This document shows, piece by piece, positions 25,542 to 32,000 of a DNA stretch of 32,000 nt. Below the pieces are notes generated by a model, which worked only from the letters and a program-made list of their open reading frames with translations, was not told the DNA's origin and did no database searches. Source of the DNA: Candidatus Saccharimonadota bacterium (GTDB taxonomy: Archaea > Micrarchaeota > Micrarchaeia > Micrarchaeales > Micrarchaeaceae); the NCBI GenBank assembly GCA_021654395.1, contig AP024486.1:360001-392000 (forward strand). Reading direction: 5' to 3'. Position 1 is the first letter of the stretch; every line of letters starts with the position of its first letter. The position numbers and the translations under genes are program-made.

Positions 25542-26303
25542 ATGGCTTATCTATTTATAGATAAGAGTAAGAAAGTAGATAGAAGCGTAATAAAAAGGCT
25601 TGAAGCTCTATCAGATGATTTCTACTTTATAGTAGGCGGAGATGGTACATTCATAGATACTGCGCTAGATTACAATAATAAGATAGTTGTGCCAATTGCA
25701 GCTCCAAACAGAAATAATAGCAGATCTTTAAGATCTGCAGGTCAGATGATACCTCATGATATAGAAGAGATAGACAAGATAATAGAAGCGATAGAGAATG
25801 ATAGCTATATGATTAAAGAACTGCCGGTCTTAGAGTGCAGCATATATGGCTACACTTATAAGACTATAGCAGACTTTTATGTCGAAAGAGGAGTAGCTAG
25901 AGGTGCTCTTCGCTATGATATAGATATAAAAGATAACAGTAAGAAGATGCAGATATCTGCAGTATCTAACGGATTTATTGTTACTACTCCTTTAGGATCA
26001 ACGGGTTACTTCTCTTATATAGACATACTAAATAAAAAAGAGCCAAGGAGAATAGATGGAATTGGGCTTGCGCATATACTACCAATAACAATAGTTAATA
26101 AGATAGATGGTAAGCAGTTAGATCCAGAGGTAAGGAGCATATTCAGCATGAAAGTAGATATAGAAGTAAATATAAGAAGGGATGCTGATTCTCATCTATA
26201 CGGAATACCAAAGATACCTAGCGGTATAAGGATAATAACAGATAAGATAAGCTTCAGAGTCTCTAAAGAAGGAGTTAAGATGCTAGTACTAAGCAGATCA
26301 TAG
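25542..26303 (+). CDS. Divergent NAD kinase-fold protein (ATP-NAD kinase-like)
   Basis: 253 aa with the FYFIVGGDGTFID (GGDGT) motif and VTTPLGSTGYFSY, resembling the NAD kinase TP.GSTAY block. The usual G-I-N-x-G-x-L-G-F-L segment after GGDGT is not recognisable. Confidence 0.5.
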   Translation: MAYLFIDKSKKVDRSVIKRLEALSDDFYFIVGGDGTFIDTALDYNNKIVVPIAAPNRNNSRSLRSAGQMIPHDIEEIDKIIEAIENDSYMIKELPVLECSIYGYTYKTIADFYVERGVARGALRYDIDIKDNSKKMQISAVSNGFIVTTPLGSTGYFSYIDILNKKEPRRIDGIGLAHILPITIVNKIDGKQLDPEVRSIFSMKVDIEVNIRRDADSHLYGIPKIPSGIRIITDKISFRVSKEGVKMLVLSRS

Positions 26304-28418
26304 ATTTATACTATCTATTATCTTCTTAGCTATCTCCTTACCAAGAAGCTTCTCAACAGACTCTCTATGCTCAAGTATATCCTTAACATTTCTTATTCCA
26401 TTATCATAGAGTAGTCTTGCTCTAATGCGCCCTATGCCCTTTAATCTAACGAGATCAAGCAGCTCCTCCTTAACTCCTTCAGAGATTCTCATATCTAAGT
26501 AGCGCATAGCCGCATTATATCTATTAATTATCTTTGCTATCTCTATTGCTGAGTAGCTTATCCATTCTAGATTCTTTATCTTATTATATAGCACACCTGG
26601 TGCTATATCATATCTATCCGAGATATCTCTCTCTGGAATCTCATTAATCCAGTCATAAAGCATAAAGGCATTTATAAGTATATCAACCTCATCAATATCC
26701 CTTGGAATTGCATCTAGATAGGCAAGTCTCTTTATCGATTGATTTGATGATAGCTCATACATTGCATTGCTAAATACTAGATCGCTTTTAGTCTTTACTA
26801 GTGGTCTCATCTCCATAGTAGCAGAGTATATGAAGAGTAGAGATAGATCATCATAGCTACTTATGCTCTCTAAAGCTCTTTTAATCCAGTAGCCGCTCAT
26901 AGGATCTATATATAGATCTGATACTCTCTTACCCAACTTTGTTGCATTAAGGCTCTTGCCTTCTACCTCAAGCATTCCATAGTCTATAAGATCGTTTATT
27001 ATTCTTTCTATACTCTTTCTTATATGTAAAGTATTACCAAATCTATGTGCATAGAATGTATCTCCTATAAATTCTTTTAGCTGATCCATATCGCTTACCT
27101 CATTGCTTGCTACCAGCGATAGTATATGCTCTCTGAGTAATGGCTGAACAGCAAGCTTGGACTCTATATCCTCTGGCTCTGCATTTATATATAGAGAGAA
27201 GAGCTCTGAGGCTCTATACTCGTTAGGTGCGCATATAATTCCTCTGCCTTCTTTATCGTATCTTGGCCTACCTGCTCTACCGAATATCTGAAGCACCTCA
27301 TTTACAGAGAGCCTAGAGCTTCCAAGAGAGGAGTCGTATCTATTAACATTCTTTATTATAACAGTATGTGCAGGTAGATCTATGCCCATAGATAGCGTGG
27401 TTGTAGTTGTTATAACTTTTATTAAACCTTCTCTAAAGGAGTCTTCAATTAGCTCTCTCTGCCTATTTAGCAATCCAGCATGATGAAATGCAACGCCCTT
27501 CTCAACCAGCTTAGATAGAAGCTCACATTGGTCTGTTGGCTTATCTAATACATGATAAACCTTATATGCTATCTCTTTTAGCTTCTCCTTCTCTTCAGCT
27601 GTTAGATATCTATATACTAGATCGCTAAGCTCCTTTGCAGCAGCTTCAGCAGATCTCCTTGAAGGTAAGAATAGAAGCGTTTGCTTCTTCATCATTAGTG
27701 TATCATATATAATTGAATGCTCTATCTTACCAAGATCTGTTAATCTATACTCCTCAGAGTTATCGAAGATTATCTTGCTATCAAAAGCAACACCCTTTCT
27801 AAGCCTAACTGGTCTATAGCTACTTTGAACAAGCTCTGCATCTAGCCAATCTGCTAGCTCTTTTGCATTACCTATTGTTGCGCTTAGCCCAACAATCTGA
27901 ATTCCATCTATCCTCTTCATCTTAGTTATTAGTATCTCTAATGTTGGGCCTCTACTAATATCATCTAAAGCATGTATCTCATCGAATATAACGCATCCTA
28001 TGCTGTATATCCAATCAGCGCCATGTCTTATTATGCTATCGAACTTTTCAGTTGATAGGAAGATCATATCATAGTTTGCTAGATCTGGCTCCGCAGAGTC
28101 AAGATCTCCTATAGAGTAAGCAGACTTTATAAAAGGATAGCTACTTAAAAATGACTTATACTTCTCAGTTACAAGAGCCCTCAAAGGAGCTATATAGACA
28201 GACTTCTTTCTTCTTTTTATGATATTGTTAAGGGCAGCAAGCTCACCTATAAATGTTTTGCCACTTGCTGTTGGGCTAGCCACAACTATATTCTTAAAAT
28301 CTAATAATCCTTTCTTAATAGCAAGCTCCTGCGGCTCTGTAAGCTCTACAATCCCTTTTCTATATACTGCCTCTAGTATCTCTCTGGGAAGCTTACCCGC
28401 AAGATCTGCTATATTCAT
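26298..28418 (-). CDS. hel308: Ski2-like DNA helicase Hel308/Hjm
   Basis: 706 aa with Walker A ASPTASGKT, DEIH (VIFDEIHAL), SAT, LSMGIDLPA, FGRAGRP and a C-terminal helix-hairpin-helix (LVRLKGIGRIRARLLYDNGI). Confidence 0.9.
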   Translation of the reverse strand: MNIADLAGKLPREILEAVYRKGIVELTEPQELAIKKGLLDFKNIVVASPTASGKTFIGELAALNNIIKRRKKSVYIAPLRALVTEKYKSFLSSYPFIKSAYSIGDLDSAEPDLANYDMIFLSTEKFDSIIRHGADWIYSIGCVIFDEIHALDDISRGPTLEILITKMKRIDGIQIVGLSATIGNAKELADWLDAELVQSSYRPVRLRKGVAFDSKIIFDNSEEYRLTDLGKIEHSIIYDTLMMKKQTLLFLPSRRSAEAAAKELSDLVYRYLTAEEKEKLKEIAYKVYHVLDKPTDQCELLSKLVEKGVAFHHAGLLNRQRELIEDSFREGLIKVITTTTTLSMGIDLPAHTVIIKNVNRYDSSLGSSRLSVNEVLQIFGRAGRPRYDKEGRGIICAPNEYRASELFSLYINAEPEDIESKLAVQPLLREHILSLVASNEVSDMDQLKEFIGDTFYAHRFGNTLHIRKSIERIINDLIDYGMLEVEGKSLNATKLGKRVSDLYIDPMSGYWIKRALESISSYDDLSLLFIYSATMEMRPLVKTKSDLVFSNAMYELSSNQSIKRLAYLDAIPRDIDEVDILINAFMLYDWINEIPERDISDRYDIAPGVLYNKIKNLEWISYSAIEIAKIINRYNAAMRYLDMRISEGVKEELLDLVRLKGIGRIRARLLYDNGIRNVKDILEHRESVEKLLGKEIAKKIIDSINL

Positions 28419-28425
28419 CTAAGTA

Positions 28426-30072
28426 CTACCTAATGGCCTTGCTAAATAGCTTTATCTCGAATGCAGTAACAGCCTCAAATAGGCTGAAGTTTAGCAGTAC
28501 CTGCGGATGTATCTCGCCAAATACGCCAACTACCTCAGAGCTCTCATTAAGTAGATCTGCTGCTCTTCCATCAATAAAGCTGCTATGCTTAGAGGCTCTT
28601 AGCTTATAGTTAAATCCTAAAAGCTTCATGAGACCCTCTACATAAGCCTTTATCTCTATGTAGTTCGTCTTATTAGATTCTATTACACCAGCAACGACAT
28701 CCTCCTCATATATAGTATCATTCTTCTTGTAAAAGACCTTACCAACCTCGAATAGCTTTATCGGTAGCTTAGCGCCTTCTGAGGACTTTAATGATACTAG
28801 GAGCTGCGGTATCGCTGTATCTCTTAATGTTGTAAAAGAGCCTTCCTTCGGCTCTTCTACCATTATAATGTTATCTCTATTAGTATCTCTAAGCATATTC
28901 TCAAATAAGATCTTCTCATTTGTTAGATAGGTATTCATTACCTGTGTAAATCCATATCCTATCATTATCTCTGTGATCTTGTTATATAGATCTGTCTCAT
29001 CTGAAAGCAAGCCGCTTCCAGAGCTCTTTATCTCTAACGGATTTATGTTGTTATAGCCAAGAGCTATAGCTATATCCTCAAGTACATCTTGATTGTCTAT
29101 TACATCTATTCTATAAGGCGGTATACTGCACATTACAAAGTTTCCGTATCTATATGCAGAGTATCCCATCTTATTTAGTAGATCTATTGTCTCATCAACC
29201 TTAACATAATGCCCTAAGGTCTTATCTATCTGTGTATACTTTATTCTTATGCTTCTTCTTTCAAATACTGGAGATACTATTGCTCTATTCTTATATGTGC
29301 TTCTAACAGAGTAGATCTCTGCACCATAGTCTATAAGCTCTGCAGCCACTAAAGCTGCTAATGATTGAAGTAGCTCTAAGTTATCTCCATTAAGATCTAT
29401 AAATACAGATCTAGTACTCTCCGTTACCTTTGTATAGTAAGAGTTTATTATTGGTATGGCTGCTATTACCTTACTTCTATCTCTTAGCACAAGATACTTA
29501 TCTTTGTGTATACTGCCATATCTCTTCCCCTGCTCAGTTATCTCTGGAAGCTCTTTTAGACTTACCTCCTTATTAAGATTTAACGGCTTTATTGTTGCAT
29601 CATTAACTGCCTCATATCTTAACGGCCACTCTATCTTATCTAGATCATGCACACCAATAGCAACTCTTCTTCTGCTCCTTCCTATAGATTCTGCTAATGT
29701 ATCTGTAAAGTTTATAAGGTATCTAAGCCTATTATCATCTAGCTTCAGATTCTTTGCGACAAGGCCAACTATGAATGGCCTCAACGCTCTTGTATTTGGG
29801 TTAACCTCTATACTGTAAGCATCTGTTGATAGCACCTTATATCTATCAAGATCTGGCTTCTTCATTCCATAAAAATGCTTTAATGCTCTCATATAGCCTG
29901 CAAATCCAAATAGATCGGGCCTATTTGGAGTTATATCCATATCCACATAGCTATCTGTCATCTCTTTAACTTCCATTCCATAAGCAGGTGTAAAATCCTC
30001 TATCTGCTCTCTTGATACTCCTTCCTTAAGGATATCTTCTATATAGAAAAGCACCTTGGTCATATATACCAT
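28426..30072 (-). CDS. pheT: Phenylalanyl-tRNA synthetase beta subunit, archaeal type
   Basis: 548 aa with the ITPNRPDLFG motif. Archaeal/eukaryotic-type length, and it lies immediately downstream of pheS. Confidence 0.88.
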   Translation of the reverse strand: MVYMTKVLFYIEDILKEGVSREQIEDFTPAYGMEVKEMTDSYVDMDITPNRPDLFGFAGYMRALKHFYGMKKPDLDRYKVLSTDAYSIEVNPNTRALRPFIVGLVAKNLKLDDNRLRYLINFTDTLAESIGRSRRRVAIGVHDLDKIEWPLRYEAVNDATIKPLNLNKEVSLKELPEITEQGKRYGSIHKDKYLVLRDRSKVIAAIPIINSYYTKVTESTRSVFIDLNGDNLELLQSLAALVAAELIDYGAEIYSVRSTYKNRAIVSPVFERRSIRIKYTQIDKTLGHYVKVDETIDLLNKMGYSAYRYGNFVMCSIPPYRIDVIDNQDVLEDIAIALGYNNINPLEIKSSGSGLLSDETDLYNKITEIMIGYGFTQVMNTYLTNEKILFENMLRDTNRDNIIMVEEPKEGSFTTLRDTAIPQLLVSLKSSEGAKLPIKLFEVGKVFYKKNDTIYEEDVVAGVIESNKTNYIEIKAYVEGLMKLLGFNYKLRASKHSSFIDGRAADLLNESSEVVGVFGEIHPQVLLNFSLFEAVTAFEIKLFSKAIR

Positions 30073-30075
30073 CTA

Positions 30076-31509
30076 TTAAAGATCGAAGAAAGGCCTATCT
30101 CTTAAGAACTGAATATTATTTCTATAAAGCTGCCATATCGAGTCTAGATTCAAGAAGTCTCTTGCAAGCCTCTCGATGCTTAAGCCGAAGGCTAAGACTT
30201 TCTTATTCTTTATACCTACTGCTCTACATATCTCTTTTCTTATTATGCCAGCACCTCCAAGCTCTATAGTAGTATTAAATCTCTCATTATAGTAGTTGAT
30301 CTCGAGGCCTGGCTCTACAAATGGAAAGTACGCTGGCTTAAAGCTAATGTTCTTTATGCCTAGATTCTCGTAGAAGCTTTTTAGTATATATAAAAGATTT
30401 GCGAAGTTAAGATCATTTCCAACTATTATTCCATCTATCTGATGGAACTCTGCTAAATGATTAAAATCTATATTCTCATTTCTAAAGACTCTTGCTACAG
30501 AGAACATCTTTATAGGATCGCTATAGCTAAGATCCTTTGCTATCTTGTATAGATGCCTTGCTGAGATTGCAGTTGCTTGAGTTCTTAGCAACGCTCTTTT
30601 AGCCATATCCTCTTTCCATTCATATCTCCATCCTTTCTTATGCATACTCTTTACTCTTTCTACTAAAGCAACATCATCTATACTTAGGCTTATAGGTCCT
30701 TTTATGTAGAATGTATCTTGCATCTCTCTAGCTGGATGATCCTGCGGCTCAAATAGGACATCAAAGTTCCAGAATGCAGTCTCTACTATGGGGCCATTAA
30801 CCTCTATAAAGCCCATACTCAGAAAGATCTGCTTTATTATGTTTATGAACTCGTGTACTGGATGCTCTCTAGCAGGATATACTGCTTCTACCTCTTGATC
30901 TATATCATATCTCTTAAAATCCTTATTTAGCCACTCCTTATTAAGTATAATCTCTCTTGTAAGGCTTGTTATATAGCTCTCCTTTGAATAATCTTTTATA
31001 ACCCTTATATTACTGATCTCTGTCTCAGTTGTCTCTCTTATAAGACCTCTCTTCTTTAGTATGCTAATATACTCCTCCTTATCCTTTATAAAGCTCTCAT
31101 CATCTAGTCTATTCAGTATATCTCTAAGTATATAGCTTCCATCTCTCTTATACTCTTCAGCTATCTTTGTCAAAAAGATCTTTCCGTCCTTTATAGCTAT
31201 CCATCCATTTCTCTTTGCCCATTGAACAGCTACAGGATCTGCACTCTTCGTTTCTATAAATTCATCTATAGATCTAACTAGCTTCTCCTCTGGAAGCCCA
31301 TCTAGATAGCTCCTTCCTTCATCAGTTAGATAGTATCTTTTTCTCTCAGCTTTATTAAACTCTATATATCCTTCTTGCTTAAGCCTCTCTAGTATAGAGC
31401 TCAATGTATTTATGCTTATTCCTGAGAGCGCGTTAAGCTTCTTTATATCTATTCCGGGATTGCTCTTTATTATACTAATTACTATCTCCTTCTGATCCAT
31501 ACAATTCAA
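30076..31509 (-). CDS. pheS: Phenylalanyl-tRNA synthetase alpha subunit, archaeal type
   Basis: 477 aa with N-terminal winged-helix repeats and a class II core: HPAREMQDTFY (motif 1 region), VFRNE (motif 2) and GLSIERLA (motif 3). Confidence 0.92.
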   Translation of the reverse strand: MNCMDQKEIVISIIKSNPGIDIKKLNALSGISINTLSSILERLKQEGYIEFNKAERKRYYLTDEGRSYLDGLPEEKLVRSIDEFIETKSADPVAVQWAKRNGWIAIKDGKIFLTKIAEEYKRDGSYILRDILNRLDDESFIKDKEEYISILKKRGLIRETTETEISNIRVIKDYSKESYITSLTREIILNKEWLNKDFKRYDIDQEVEAVYPAREHPVHEFINIIKQIFLSMGFIEVNGPIVETAFWNFDVLFEPQDHPAREMQDTFYIKGPISLSIDDVALVERVKSMHKKGWRYEWKEDMAKRALLRTQATAISARHLYKIAKDLSYSDPIKMFSVARVFRNENIDFNHLAEFHQIDGIIVGNDLNFANLLYILKSFYENLGIKNISFKPAYFPFVEPGLEINYYNERFNTTIELGGAGIIRKEICRAVGIKNKKVLAFGLSIERLARDFLNLDSIWQLYRNNIQFLRDRPFFDL

Positions 31510-31540
31510 ATATTTATAAATTAAGATATAAATAATAAAT

Positions 31541-32000
31541 CTAACCTTTAGATCTCTTATAAGATACTAAGAATACTATAATGAACAGAAGAGCAAGCAG
31601 CGCATAGAGCCAGTAGCCAAGATAATGGTATAATGATGAAACATTAGATATAACCTCCTGTGCTATAGGCTCTCTTATCTGAAATACTAGCTTAAAGTTG
31701 TTTAGCGGCTCTCCTTTGAACCAAGAGACACGTGTTACATTCTTGTAGCTGTTTATAACACCTCCTGCAGGATAGTCTGGCAGAGGATAGATCTCTTTAA
31801 TTGTAGAGCCATTAGGTAGTATTATATTAAGCGAGGTGCTTGCAGGTATAATCTCACCACTTACAGTATGTAAGAAGTTTAAGAAGCTGTCGTTAAATGT
31901 ATAAGTGAATAGTCTTGGCGCGGTCTTGTTTATTATAGTAAGATTTCTAACAAAGTAGCTTACATCTATATATGCATATGCAAACTGCGCATTTATCAGA
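31541..32000 (-). CDS. C-terminal part of a probable secreted/surface protein with a C-terminal TM anchor (gene begins right of the window)
   Basis: My manual translation of the minus strand is open from the window edge to TAG (complement of 31541-31543). It ends ...LGYWLYALLALLFIIVFLVSYKRSKG, a hydrophobic helix plus basic tail. Several N-x-S/T sequons lie upstream (NLT, NKT, NDS, NGS, NVT, NVS). It is not in the ORF track because there is no start in the window. Confidence 0.55.
   Translation of the reverse strand, partial: LINAQFAYAYIDVSYFVRNLTIINKTAPRLFTYTFNDSFLNFLHTVSGEIIPASTSLNIILPNGSTIKEIYPLPDYPAGGVINSYKNVTRVSWFKGEPLNNFKLVFQIREPIAQEVISNVSSLYHYLGYWLYALLALLFIIVFLVSYKRSKG

Overview
AT-rich (by eye about one-third G+C), very gene-dense archaeal chromosomal segment. 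Archaeal identity rests on a complete A-type ATP synthase operon in the order atpH-I-K-E-C-F-A-B-D (9095-17306, +), archaeal-type PheRS alpha/beta, Pth2, Hel308, RNA polymerase subunit D and FtsZ. Other core genes are a MetRS lacking its C-terminal tRNA-binding domain with a stand-alone Trbp111-like gene beside it, an acylphosphatase, a P-type ATPase, and tRNA-Leu(CAA) and tRNA-Gly(GCC). The left ~3.6 kb looks accessory: a HAD nucleotidase-like gene, a stand-alone PD-(D/E)xK nuclease-domain gene, tandem palindromes, and a decayed AAA_14/DUF4143-type ATPase pseudogene. The most interesting region is a translationally coupled six-gene minus-strand operon (25370 down to 21196). It encodes a 100-aa hydrophobic helix-loop-helix protein, a 333-aa polytopic membrane protein, a TM-anchored 242-aa protein, a 397-aa FtsK/HerA/VirB4-class P-loop ATPase, and two ORFans. 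I interpret it as a minimal VirB2/VirB6/VirB4-like (Ced/Ted-like) DNA-translocation or pilus apparatus with a split VirB4-type ATPase. It sits among housekeeping genes with no integrase, relaxase or coupling protein in view. All functional calls come from motif recognition by eye on the supplied translations; no database search or computation was run.
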